NCBI GenBank assembly: GCA_029953675.1
Contig: JAMWBK010000004.1
Span: 186,001 to 250,000 of the forward strand
DNA length: 64,000 nucleotides
Direction of reading: 5' to 3'
Source of the DNA: Rhodosorus marinus CCMP1338
Lineage: Eukaryota > Plantae > Rhodophyta
Below the pieces are notes generated by a model. The model was not told where the DNA came from. It did not search any database and saw nothing but the letters and a program-made list of their open reading frames with translations. Numbering within the stretch: the stretch's first letter is position 1; each line of letters begins with the position of its first letter. Position numbers and translations under genes: made by a program. Positions 40,344 through 52,946 of this stretch are shown here, piece after piece.

Positions 40344-43135
40344 TTAAACAGTAACAGACTTGGCCAGGTGCCTCGGTTGATCTACATTATGGCCCCTATA
40401 GACAGCGAGGTGGTAGCTGAGCAGCTGCATCGGCAGAATCGAGATGATCGACTGCAGGCAGTCCGCGGTTTTCGGAACTTCAACTAGTTCACACATGTTG
40501 CCGCGATACTTGAGCATGTCGGGGTCATCTTCTGTGCAGACGATCACGAAGACTCCGGAAGATCGTCGGGCGAGAACCTGCTGCAGAGCGCTCTGAATGT
40601 GGCCTTTGGTGTTGTCCGAGGCGGCGAAGAAGATCACCGGCATGTGGTCGTCGATTAGTGCCAACGGCCCGTGTTTCAACTCTCCGGAGTGGATGCCCTC
40701 TGTGTGTGTGTAGGAAACCTCCTTGATCTTCAGCGCGCCTTCCAGACAGGTGGCAAACTGAAACCTAAGAGAGACCGCAGCAAGTTGAACATAAACATTG
40801 GTCATGAAGTTCGTTCACTGTGCAAACGAGAGCCTCCCCTGATCTTTTGGTCACCGGCCTCACCCTCTTCCACTCAATAGAATTGACGCGGACTGCTCCA
40901 AGCTCTTGGCGAGCCGCAGAGTGACCTCATCAATTCTTTTGATCGACGATTCGATCTGGTACGGCATCTCATGTAGTGCCGCGAGGATCTCTTGTCGCCT
41001 GGCATCCTTGGAGTGTCTATCATGAGAAAGCTGGAGCGCGAACATCACCAGAGCGACGATCTGACTGGTGTAAGCCTTGGTACTGGCCACACCGATCTCG
41101 GAACCAGCATTCAGATGGATCCCACAGCTGGTTTGTCTTGAGATCTCGCTTCCAACGACATTGACAACCCCGACAGTCACCGCGTCCGCACCTTTCGCGT
41201 AGCTCAGCGACTCAAGAGTATCTTTCGTCTCCCCGCTCTGACTCACAAAGACGCATGTGTCACTTCGGAACAGAGGACACTTCCTGTCGTTGAAGTCGCT
41301 CGCCAGCTCCACGCTCACGGGTACGTCCGTAAGTTCCTCCACAACCTTCGCATAAAAAAAAAGCAAACGAAGAGAATTACGCCAGCGGTATCCTGCTGTG
41401 GGTCGCTTCCCTGATTACAACGAACGACATACCTGCCGTGCCGCAAGGCAAGCGTGGTAAGACGATCCGCACGCAACGAAAATGATTCGACTACTACTCA
41501 AAATATCGCGTAGCCGGCTCTTCACTCCTCCGAGATGAATCTCATACCGTCCAGTGCCTTCATCCTTTTTGATTCTACCCCTCATCGTTGAAGTCAAGGA
41601 CTCCGGCTGGGCAGACGAATAAATAGTCGAGCGGTAGATGTTCTTTTCAGGGGTCCAGTCAGCCTTCAGGATCTGCGGAAACGCTCACCTGCTCATAGAT
41701 CTCCTTCAGCATGTAGTGATCAAATGACCCCCTCATGATCGTCTCCAACTCAAACGGAAGCGTCGAGATGATCCGGTTATCGGAAAGCACGTGGTCATCG
41801 AGGGCTGCATGAAAATTGAATACTTCCAGGTTGCCATGTCTGACGTGAACGACATCATTGTCCTAACAGACAAAGCGAGGCGAGTCTTAGTGACTCTCGC
41901 TGCTTCCCCCAACAAAATGAGCATAGCAAAGTTTTTACCTCCATGTAAAAGACTTTGTCTGTTCGCTCTGCGATTGCTCCGGCATCCGAAGAGAACAGAT
42001 ACTCTCCTCTAAACCCACCGTCTGTCCATGTGCCTGGTTCTTCCTTATCAAGCACGATATTCTGTAAACGAGTTGAGGTCCACTGTTCAGAGGTGCTATT
42101 CATCAGGCGTGTTTGTTGTTACGAGCAAAAGGGAACTCACAAGTACTGGAGTGATGGGCGCAGGAGTTCCTCTATTCGATAACTTGTTGTACTGGGATAT
42201 TTTGTTGACCTTGAACACGTCCCTTTCAGTGCCTCGGTAGTCTTTCGTTCCGACAACCAGTGGAGAGCCGAGACGACAGGCGATGAGCTCGTTGGGGTAC
42301 ATTTTCGAACGGAAAACAAACGCATACGCTCCCTCCAGCTGCCGAAGCACCTCCATGACCAGTCTTGGGAACGACAAGTCGGGCATCGACTGGATCAGCT
42401 GATCATACAGGAACTGGATAAGTTTCACGACAGTTTCTGCGGTATAGAATGGTCAGTTGTTCAGTTTCGTGGCGTCTCTTAAAGACCATGTTTAGAGGCT
42501 TTTAACGACAGCCGGAGTTGTCTCTTACCGCTGTCAGTTTGAGATTCGAATTTGACCCCGTGGCCAGTTAACATATCTCGAAGAACTGCGTTGTTGGTAA
42601 TGATTCCGTTGTGCACAACGAGGAAGTTGTCTTCGGGCCCAGATGAATGTGGATGGCTGTTCTCCCTCGATGGAGGACCGTGCGTAGCCCAGCGAGTATG
42701 AGCGATCCCGACGGAGTCCTTGAAGCGTACATCCTCTTTCATCCTGCAGGTGACAGCGCCTTGGCTCCGCTCAGCTTTCCCTCGCGGCAGAGAAACAAGC
42801 AGAGTTGAGGATGCTAGTTACATACCTATTGTCGGAACTCTCAACCTCTTTCACTCGATTTTCCAACTTGGCAATGGATCCCACCTCTTTAATAACAATT
42901 GGCTCCTCAGGACCCTGTCTCGAGACACAAAAATCCATCTTCAGAGCAGAACAACAAGATTGAAACCAACCGACCGCAGTGTCCCTCTGACTAAACTTAC
43001 AGCTCCGTCAACGGCAATACCAGCACTGTCATATCCACGATATTCCAACCTATGCAGACCAGTCAGAAGGACATCGATCATTTCCTTCCTGGATGCGTCC
43101 GTACTACAGAACACACAGGCAAATATACCACACAT
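40344..43135 (-). CDS. GFAT: Glutamine--fructose-6-phosphate aminotransferase (isomerising), multi-exon
   Basis: MCGIF N-terminal nucleophile, [98 protein letters not shown]. Confidence 0.97.
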
Positions 43136-44250
43136 CCTTCCTTACAGAATCCAAAAAAAAACAAAACACGGGCTACAAAGCTACAGAAACCCTTGCTCTC
43201 TGAATAGCTCGATTTAGAAAATTCTCTAATACATTCCAGAGATTCTCATTACCAAGAAAGCTTATCAAAAACTCCTCAAAATCCGTCAATAACTCCTCTC
43301 CCTTCCTCTCACCATCTTCACCGCCCCAGTTCGCAACTTGTAATTTTCCAACTCATATTGTCAGCAACCCAAAACGATTCAACGACATATAAATACTTTC
43401 TATGTCGACCCCAATCCCCGTTTTTAACAATAAATATACTTAAATTCTCATATTTATAACTTATAGATTTAAGGCAAATATTGTTATAACTGTCACCCTC
43501 GTCATCAACGTTTCAATCATTATTAGAATACGAAATCAATATTAGTGTATGTTGATTGATGGTGTGCTGGGCGGGGTTTTTGGAGCAATCAGCATGAACT
43601 GATGCGGAGGACGGATAATAGAATCGGGGATTCGAAATGTGCCTAAAATATCCTTTTATCTTATTGCACACGCATGATCTGGGTGATCTCCCTCTCCCGG
43701 ACCAGTTTCACCACCAATCCTCCTCTGCTGAAGGCAAGTTCGCCAGGAGAATAGAGCGTCTAGTACATGTATCAGAGTTTTTCGTTCTCAACGTTAGAGC
43801 CCCGTTCTAATCGTTGCGGAGGCCCATCATAACAGTCAGCAGCGGAACGTTGCGGGCTGCACTTTACGCCCACCAGCGCCAGATCAGCATGGCAAAAGCA
43901 GAGTTCCGGTTCACACGCCACGCCCGTGTATCTACTACCGCTCTTTTGCTACACCGCTAAAGAACAACTGTCAACCGAACAACTCTTCAGTATTAACTCT
44001 CAATCCCTTCATCGGTAGTATGACGGAATTTGATCAGTCTGTCGCTCTCAGGCCTGGACGCTACACCAGCATCATGCCCGACAAGTCTCATCAAGCAGCT
44101 TGGCTCCATGAGCCTTTCTGATCAAAAAATCTAAGCTGGCGGAGACGAAAGCTTTGGGGAGGGGATGAGTTAATTCTATCGGACGACATCCCTTCGGTTT
44201 GAGCTCTTCACTGTGTTCTTTTCGAAAAGGGCTTGAAAAAACTCTAGAAT

Positions 44251-45464
44251 ATGCCTTGGGAGAAAGCCCAACTTATTGAGCTTCAGGCGGATGCGACACC
44301 GGGGCTTTGGTACGGGAACCTGACGGGCGATGGTCGGGGAGGGCTTGCCTTTGGAAGCGGGAGATATGTCCATCTGTCTCCGAAGAAGAGAAATGTGTTC
44401 TCAAAACTTGAGCAGATGAGCGTGAAAGCAAGGTAGGCGAGCTAGCCGCCAATTCCATCGCTGCCGTATAAGAACTGATCGATCAGGGTTCCTTGTCGAT
44501 AGAGCGCACGTTTCCTTTGCTCATTTTTGGTCAGTTTTTTTGACTACGGAGCCGATTCTGTTCGTTGCAGTCGAGACTGTGCCTCCATCTATTGAGATCT
44601 TCCGAGAAGACCAGGTCACGGGCTCGTATCAACGGGTACAGACGACGGATCTTGGAAGGGCTCACAAAAACAGTGCGGTAACTGCAATGGGAACGATCAG
44701 TTCCGCGAAAGGTGCTCAGTTGGCCGTAGCGCTTTCTTCCGGATCTATGGTCGTGTTCTCGAAAGAGGGCGATTCCTTGAAAACCGTTTGCACGCTCACC
44801 GATCTCGAGTCACCGGTTTGTAGCGTTACCGGCGATGCGACCATGCACAGAGGGCTAGTTGCCGCATCAGATGAATCGGGAAAGATTGCCGTATGGGAAG
44901 AAAAATCTCCAAGTCAGTTCGGACTCGTCTTCCTGACCTCCCTGGACAGGTATTTCAGCACAAACCGTATCCGAAAATCGTTACGAATGGGCCCTTAACT
45001 CCGCTTCCACATCTCAGCAACTACGCTTCGGCATTGGGGCTCTGCGGGGCGCTCCTCTTTGCAGGTTCTTTCTCCGGTAAGCTGTTCTTGTACGAAGTAG
45101 ACGATCGAAGACTCGACCAGGAGGTGATCACAAACACTCGATGTATAACGGCGATCGATGCGCATACAACAGGTGATATGGTGAGAGTTGTTCTCCCACA
45201 AATTTTTACCACCTTGTCATCGGGTTCCGTCTATAGACTCACCTTGCTGAAACTATACAGGTCTTGGTGGCTGGGGAAGACTGCAGAGCATCGATTTTTA
45301 ACGTCCCAATGCAGAGCAGACAACAGATGAAACTGGTCTTCTCCGTCTGTGTGAACGGGATAATTACGGGAGCAGCGTTCACGTGCGAAGAACCGGAATC
45401 TCTTGATATCTCGCTCTCGGTGGTTGAGAGGCACTACATCGTTCAGTATGCCCTAAGCAGCTGA
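44251..45464 (+). CDS. WD40-repeat protein, WDR54-like, multi-exon
   Basis: Blades such as VAASDESGKIAVW, LFAGSFSGKLFLYE..CITAIDA and VAGEDCRASIF..CVNGIITGAAF resemble the WDR54 C-terminal half. Introns with GT donors lie near 44433, 44950 and 45182. Confidence 0.65.
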
Positions 45465-46240
45465 ATTGAGCATGGAGACCATACTCTCCCTTCTCTCACC
45501 CATGTTGTGAGGATTGGAGACGGTCGTTCGAGCACCTGGACGTCGTTCAAGTTACCGCGATCGTGGGCGTCGAGGGGTATCGTCGTTCGTCTTGAAAGGG
45601 CTGCTCTCTTGTTCAAGCCCAACCGGCGATCAGCAGAAACGCAGTCGGCACTATCCTGACTCGCTGCAGAGGAGTTTAAAGAGAGAAATGTCTACTGCTA
45701 CGGGCTCCATTCCACAAGTTCGCAGTCCCCGAAAGGTAGCCCTTGTGTGTTCCCAGACAGCGGCGTCGGGAGAGGAGCCTGGATCGTGGATCTTTCTTTC
45801 TCCTTTATGACGAGCTGTGCGCGTTGCCCCGCTGGCAAGACAACCTGACTTATTGAGCTTGCTCTGGCTTAGTAAAGCGGTTCTACCGCGAGATGAGTCA
45901 ACCCGGTTAGAAGTACGGTCACTGTTTGATTTGATTATTGGAGACTTGTATTCTCGCAGCTGGGAGTATGTCGCTTGGAGGGCTTGATTCAGAATCTACT
46001 TTTGACCGCCGTCTGTGGGATAACAAATAACTCGGCGTCCTGGGCTGTGCAGCTACAGACTCGAGATCTGTGTCAAAAGTGGGCGAGGATGGGGGAATCG
46101 CGTGAACAAGGTCAAGTTTTATTGCAAAAGGCCCTTTAGATACATTATTAAACGAAAACCATATGGACTCCCCTAGTCCATGCAGTCCGTCCAGAAATCC
46201 CCGTTGCTCGAGCATCCGCTGGCGGGCTAGTCAACCCCCA

Positions 46241-46648
46241 CTAGTCCATAAAGTCCTCCGGGGACAGTCTGTCCAGAAATCTCGGTTGAATACCACTTCC
46301 GATGCAGTTGGTGCACTCGCTCACCCCTTTGCCGTTGCAGTACTGACAATTCTCGTCGGCGTTCTTGAACACCGGATCGATGCCGTTTCCTCCACAGATA
46401 TTACACGTCACTGATCCATCTCCTAGACACTCAACGCAAGGCTGGGTATTCGGACGCACTTCATTCCTCTTACCCTGTTCCTCCGTGAACACCAGAAGCC
46501 CAATACCTCCCATAGTACCAAACAACGCCGTCCCAGCCGCCAGCAGCGTGGACTGATCCACCGCAACCACCACCCCTCGACGATGGCGTTCAACCTTGGC
46601 AACCCCGCTACGCCTACCAAGACCTAGTCCACCACTAACAAAAGCCAT
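46241..46648 (-). CDS. LQY1: Thylakoid DnaJ-type zinc-finger protein disulfide isomerase LQY1, intronless
   Basis: MAFVSGG transit peptide, one TM (LLAAGTALFGTMGGIGLLVF), NTQPC, four CxxCxGxG repeats and the ending GSGIQPRFLDR, matching the Arabidopsis LQY1 layout (NTQPC...GSGVQPRYLDR). Confidence 0.85.
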   Translation of the reverse strand: MAFVSGGLGLGRRSGVAKVERHRRGVVVAVDQSTLLAAGTALFGTMGGIGLLVFTEEQGKRNEVRPNTQPCVECLGDGSVTCNICGGNGIDPVFKNADENCQYCNGKGVSECTNCIGSGIQPRFLDRLSPEDFMD

Positions 46649-49390
46649 CGTTCCTGAAAAAAAATAACAAAAAGAAGGCAAGCCGTACACAGATGGTCAA
46701 TACAAAACAGAGCAACTCTTCCTTTTCAAAACCTAAACACGGACATACACACTCCCATCCACCCAGCCCTCAATGCCACCCTCCCGCAACGCCCACACCC
46801 CTTTCATAAACCCTCGTCTACTCCTTGTGACCCGATCAAAATGTCCATCCCCACTCCAAAAAATATCTTTTTCTACATTTTGCGATGAAAAAATCTTTCC
46901 AGCCACACACATTCAATCCAAATATATTTTCCAAAATAAAACACAGAGAACCACTAAAATAAATTCCATTATGGAATTTTATTGCAATAAAAACACACCG
47001 CGTGTCCATATAGATTACTAATTCCAATCATTCTGGTTTATTATTCTTATAGCATAATTAATATAATAATTCATAGACTATCATGCGATGATAATTGACC
47101 AAGTGTCTTTATTCTTAATGCTTTCGTTTTTATTTTTCTGACGATTGATTGTCGAGTTTGAGGTTCGGCGTCTACAATCAGTTTGTTTTGGATTTTGGAG
47201 TAGTTCGGATTTTGTCCAATAGAAAATCGTTTGCCGATTGGTTGGGGACGTTTGGTGAAGATGTATTTGTCAATTGTATATTGAAGGGATTAAAATAATG
47301 ACTCTTCGTGTCAGGAAAGGGTCACTGGTGGCTGAGGAGGGTTGGAGTCAATAGTTTGGATACTATGATTGGTTTATATGAAATACTTGTACTAAAGTAA
47401 TTGGATATACTTGATGAATCCGATTGTCGTTCTGTTCTCTGGGGGATATTACTGGTTAAGTGGTAGCTGAATTACTTAATAAAGAGCTTAAGTAAAACTT
47501 CAGCGGGAGATTGACAAGATGAGATGGGGGGTGGTGAATCTTGGGAGGGAGGACACTATGTTGCGTGCGGGGCATGCCTCTTTGTGTACATGGGGTCGAA
47601 AAGCTCCTAGAATTCGCCTTCATGGCCACGGCCATGGACAAGTTAGACCTGCGATCAAAAATAAACTTGGCTGGCAAAGGGGTGGGCGCCCACGACAACA
47701 TTGTACAAAGCAGTTGCTAAACTTCCCTCGTGGTGGTGGTTTAGCTGGTGCTCTTCCGTGCTCGCGCATTTATACAATAACGCTCTCCTCGCGGCTTTCT
47801 GGTTCTCAGAGCCTCGTGAGATTTACTCTTTGAAGCAAAGAAGGCTGAGGAGGGATCAAGAGCAGTTGCCCGGAGCGTGCTTATCCCAATAGCCCAGGTG
47901 CTGCACAGAAACAAGCTCTAGCTGACATGTTATTCCATCACATCACACAAGCCAATGTCAGGAGGTTGGCTCTCTGATACCAGACCAATCTAGCTCTCCT
48001 TCTCGACGGTTCCTTGATCTTCATATTGGCGAACGATTTGACACCTGGCTAACCCCGGTCCTATCAAAACGTCAAACTTTTTTTTCCAAAACAATTCAAT
48101 ATTAGTGGCCTTGAGAAAAAACTACGCAAGCGAAGAATTTCAGAACACAATTCTTTTAGTGGAGGAAAAGGACCCCTCTCCTGGGTGGCCAGCTTTAACT
48201 TGGCGGGCGCGATGGAGCATGCAAGGACTTACCTTACTTCGTTTTGTTGTGAAACAACTAGCTGCTAGTAGCCCGCTCGCCACCGTGGACACCTGCGGTG
48301 TGCTGAGAGGGAAGTCCATTCGGCCTTTCCTTCAATCCGCAAGAATTTCCAAGCCCGATCATATTCGTCTCATTCGATATCGCGCTCAGTCTGATGGCAC
48401 GTTCACGCGAGTTCACGCTCTCAAAGCCTGCGCACGGAAGTGAGTGAGAGACAAACAGGCCCTAGGTCCACCTTCCTTGAGTGCGACCGAAACAACATGT
48501 ACAGCGCTCGTCAAGAGTAGATAAGGGCTAGGAAAACTATTTTTCTGAGTCTCATAGATCTTCTGGACGCCTAGGGTGCGACAAGTTCTATAGACGTACG
48601 GCTCCAGGACTATTGGGCTTCGATCCGCAACAGGGACAGGAACCACATCGCTTAAGGCTCCAAACGCCTCAGTGTCAGGCTTTCGCCAGGATCTCTAGGT
48701 AAGCCCAACCTAGAAACGCTCGACTACCTCTACAATTCATCTTTGCAAGTATCATTCTCACGCTGTGGCCCACATGGCCAGCCCCGAGAAGTCTCTCGGT
48801 GCGCCACCCGACCGGAAATGGCTATCCAACTCAATCCACAAATCCACACCAAACGAAAACGCCGCGACAAAGTTCAACTTCTCAATACAAATCTAGAAAC
48901 AACCCCTGAAAATGACTAACTTTATCTATAGAAATTCCATTTGTTGTCCATACAAAACAATCATTGGATATAAAACTTCATAAAACAAAACTAAATTGTA
49001 CATACGAAATAGGTCGCCTTTTTTACGTGCTATTTGTAAAGTATTAAATATATTTAGAACCCGAAGAGTATTAAATATAGTATAATACAGAATATTAGCT
49101 TCCCATGATTGGATAATATTTCACTTATCCCTAAAGTTTTAATAAGAAATCGCCAATCTGCAAGATTTACTAAAATACAATTTTAGAAGATATCTTCCAG
49201 AATTGATTTCATAATGGAAGTACTAGGGGGTAGAGTGGAAACCTGATTCGGAATATCTTTATTTGAATCTTATCAGGTCGGGTTTCTGGGTCTGTTGTTG
49301 TTGAGTACATACGGGGTTAAGCTTTTTGCCTTGTTGTTAAGAACATCAATATGTTCGGCTGTGGTAGTTTTTAGATTTTTTGTGTGTAAG

Positions 49391-50252
49391 TGGTGTTGTC
49401 ATGGGCCGGTCCGATAACGTTTTATATTGAAAATCAGTATAAACGGGAGGGGGTGTCTGATTGAAATTCTTGTAAAGAACAAGGTCCGATTGCTCGTCCG
49501 ATAAACGCGTCCGATATATCGTCCAATATTCAATCAACGTTAATCTAATAATCAATCAATCAATCATCTCCAGTCCCAGGCATTGAATCATGATTACTTC
49601 TTGGAATGACAAGGCACACGCTCGCATATCATGAATCATGATTACTTCTGAACTCGACAGACTGTCATAGCATTGGTTGAGCAAGCAAAAAGTACCTTTC
49701 TGATGGCATTGAAACGAATGAATTTGTTTTACTCAGAGACTGAAGAAAAAACGGGGGAAAAAAACAAACAAGACTAAAAAGCTGCAGCGAAGATCGTGCG
49801 CTCCCAACATCAAAGCAGCGTTCATATGAGCACAGCAAGAAACATAAACGGGGTAAACAACGCGGGGGCAGGGCAGAGACGGTCAGGGCGTTCGCGGAAC
49901 ACTTTCCGAAGCCATTGAAAAAGGAGGCAATCCCAACCTCGCGTATTGATGAAAAATCAAACCCTGCTCGAGTTCGGCAAAAAACGACGTGAACCGTATA
50001 ACGAAAAAAGATGAAAAGCAAAAAAAAAACATTGAAAAATATCGGACACAATCGGTCATTATCGGACCGTTTTTGGGACGAAATCTATTTTTTATTTTGT
50101 ATTCAGGTCTTATAAATTCATATCGGACCGGAGTTCACCGAATATACGATTTATGATTGCTTAATAATCGTCTGATAAAACGTCGATTGGACCGTCCGAA
50201 ATTTATCGGACGTAATCGGACGTTTATTTATCTGACGTAGATGACAACGCTA
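49391..50252. mobile_element. Non-autonomous terminal-inverted-repeat DNA transposon (MITE-like, possibly hAT), 862 bp
   Basis: Termini are TGGTGTTGTCAT (49391-49402) and the reverse complement TAGCGTTGTCAT (50241-50252). TGTGTAAG flanks both ends (49383-49390 and 50254-50261). Subterminal GTCCGAT occurs 4 times on the left and ATCGGAC 5 times on the right. No transposase ORF. Confidence 0.85.
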
Positions 50253-50636
50253 ATGTGTAAGCAACTAAGTATTTGAGGAAAATTTTGAAACCATTGGACA
50301 GTCAAGTGTCGATGGCCAAAGGGCGAACCGATTAAGGGGAGCGGATGGGATTTTGAGGGTTAGGTCGTCACATAAGCGATCATAGCGATAGACTTTTTGT
50401 TTCAACGTGGATAGCCAGAGCGATTGCTTTGTGACTGGTCTTTTTCTGAGCTAGGAGAATTTGTGAGAGGATGACTGAGTGTGGAAGCTGATCTGAAAAC
50501 TGGAGGGTATAAATACGGGAGCGGCAGGGGGGGGTGTTGTGTGTGTGTGAGTTGGGGAGGTCGGGGATAGATGTCTGGGCAGTAAGGGGTTGGAGTGGAG
50601 TTGTTGGCTTTTTTTGTTTTGGCTGAAAATATCATC

Positions 50637-51635
50637 ATGGGGAATACTATGAAAGGTTGTGCGAAGGCGTACAATGCCGAAGAAGGCTCGAAGGAGCAGG
50701 CGAACGCGAAGGACACTGTGATCAATGGAGCGATGCGCGACATTGGCGTGAAGGGCGGAGCAAAGAACGACTACGTGAAGGCGGCGAGGAAATTTGGAAG
50801 CACGCAAACTCAAAAGTGGCAGAACTCAAACATTGGAGAGGTTGGCGGGGATCGTGATAAGGAACTGCGGAAGACGGCTGCGGAGACTGAGGAGGAGTTC
50901 CGGGGAGCTGGAGAGAAGCTCGGACTTGAGATCTGGCGCGTTGAGAAGTTTCAACCGAAGAGACAGGCCTTGGAGGGATTCCCCGGATTCTACGACGGCG
51001 ATTCTTACATCGTTCTTCATACTTATCAGTTGGAGGGAGAGGCCAAGTACAGATGGGACCTGTTCTTCTGGCTCGGATCTGAGTCAACCCAGGACGAGAA
51101 GGGTGCCGCTGCATACTTCACCGTGAACATCGACGATATGCTGGATACCTTCCCAGTCCAGTATCGCGAGACTCAGGGCAATGAAACTGATGCATTCAAA
51201 GCTCTGTTTAACGGCCACGTCAAGGTGCTCAAGGGAGGTATTGACTCCGGTTTCACTGAAGGAGGAGTTGCGTTTACCGCGGACCCGTCCAAGACCACTT
51301 TCTCAGCCAACTCGAACGATGTGATTGGCAAGAATCTAACGAAGAAACTATTCAAGATCTCCGATGAGGACACCGGAAACATCGTCGTGACCCAAGTGGA
51401 TGAAGGAACGACCGTCTCCAAGAGTGAGATTACGGAGGACGATCCATACATGATGGTTGTTGGCTCAGAGGCTGCCTACATTTATAGTGGAACAGGATGC
51501 TCGGTTCAGGAGCGACTGTACGTGATGGATGCTGCCGCTGAGCTCCTCAAAATTGCCGGCGTCGATGAGAACACTCAGCTTTCGTTTGTGAATTCCGGAA
51601 ACGAGCCTCCGCAGTGGCAGGCATACGTTGTGTAA
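50637..51635 (+). CDS. Gelsolin/severin-family actin-binding protein with two gelsolin domains, intronless
   Basis: G1: GLEIWRVEKF..FYDGDSYIVLHT..FFWLGSESTQDEKGAAAY..DD..QYRETQGNET, then linker GGIDSGF. The second domain is G3-type (KLFKISD..G...VTQV..G..VSKS...DD). First in-frame ATG is 50637. Confidence 0.9.
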   Translation: MGNTMKGCAKAYNAEEGSKEQANAKDTVINGAMRDIGVKGGAKNDYVKAARKFGSTQTQKWQNSNIGEVGGDRDKELRKTAAETEEEFRGAGEKLGLEIWRVEKFQPKRQALEGFPGFYDGDSYIVLHTYQLEGEAKYRWDLFFWLGSESTQDEKGAAAYFTVNIDDMLDTFPVQYRETQGNETDAFKALFNGHVKVLKGGIDSGFTEGGVAFTADPSKTTFSANSNDVIGKNLTKKLFKISDEDTGNIVVTQVDEGTTVSKSEITEDDPYMMVVGSEAAYIYSGTGCSVQERLYVMDAAAELLKIAGVDENTQLSFVNSGNEPPQWQAYVV

Positions 51636-52903
51636 GAAAGTAGAAGAACTAGCCTTGCAGAGATTTTTGTCATATTAAGCTCAGGAGACGCCGATTCTCT
51701 GGGGCGCCACCGTTCTTGTCATCTGGAAGAGCACTACCATTTTGTTTCGTTGTCATTAAAATAGCCTTTTCTCGAACAAGTCTTGCCCAACTTTCTCGGA
51801 ACCGCGTGCGTTGGTACGCGAACTGCTTGGAAGTCAGGCACGTAAGAGGGCACATCCGAAAATTTGTTTCAAAACATAACATCGGGGAGCCAGTCTCTAT
51901 CCTGACCATTCGAGACCTGGAAACCCGAGAAGGGACATGGATAAAAGAGCCAGTGCTCACCTGTTCGGGGTCAAGGATTGTCCTCACGAGGCTACATAAG
52001 ATTCGACCGGGACGTACTAGCTGATTGGCACGCGGGTTGTCAACTCGTGCTTGGGGTTGTATTCCACCCTGGTGTAGAGGTCCTCCCAGCGAAGCCTTGC
52101 TCTTCCTCTCAATACACGATGATTTGATTGTAGTCAAGTCTATGGTATTCACCTCTTACGTCGTACACCGCTGAATACTCTGAAGGGGTTTTGCACTTAC
52201 TTGCTCTTTCCCTTTGTGGGGTTTCAAAAGAGTTGTTGACACAAAGTGAATAGAAAATGAAGGTATCAATCCCTATGGTATGAAAAAGACTGATTAACGG
52301 CATATCGGTTTTGCGAATTCAATCATTTCTTCACCACTTGTCCCTATAAACTCAAAAACGGGCTTGTTCAAAGACAAGACCGTGCTGACCTGTATGAACA
52401 CAAGCACTCCGCTACCAGACTATTCTTCGCGAGTGCTCATACGCTGCCCTGGCGGACAGACGTCCAAACGCCTTGTGGGTATCTGCAAGTTCATTGTTTC
52501 AGTCCTCAGGCTCCACCCAGACTCGAAGCATTCCGGCTCCCTCACGTTGAAAAGGCCAATCCCCTCTTCGATTATCACTTCCAAATATTTATTTCCTCAA
52601 CAGAACTTTCCTCGCCTCCGTCAGACTCTGTTGTCACCTTCCTCGAACATAGGCAGTTCATTCCGCCGTCTTCAACAGATTGATCTCGAACTCTCGATGA
52701 TTCAGATCTGGCGGCCGATGAGCTCCAATACCTGGGAGCCTGTATCCAACGCAGCTATGCAGCTGTCACTGCGGACGCTAGCTTGAATTTCCGCACGTGT
52801 TCCTCAAGCTTCTTGAATTCTACCCGAAACCGAGGGGCCCGCTCCACTCGAAATCAGCTACTTCACAGCCGAACCATGCTGACAAAAGATGGACATAGCT
52901 TAT

Positions 52904-52946
52904 GCTCCAAAGCTCCAAAGCTCCAAAGCTCCAAAGCTCCAAAGCT
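52904..52946. repeat. Octamer microsatellite (GCTCCAAA)x5
   Basis: Five perfect GCTCCAAA units plus a partial sixth, read directly. Confidence 0.95.
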
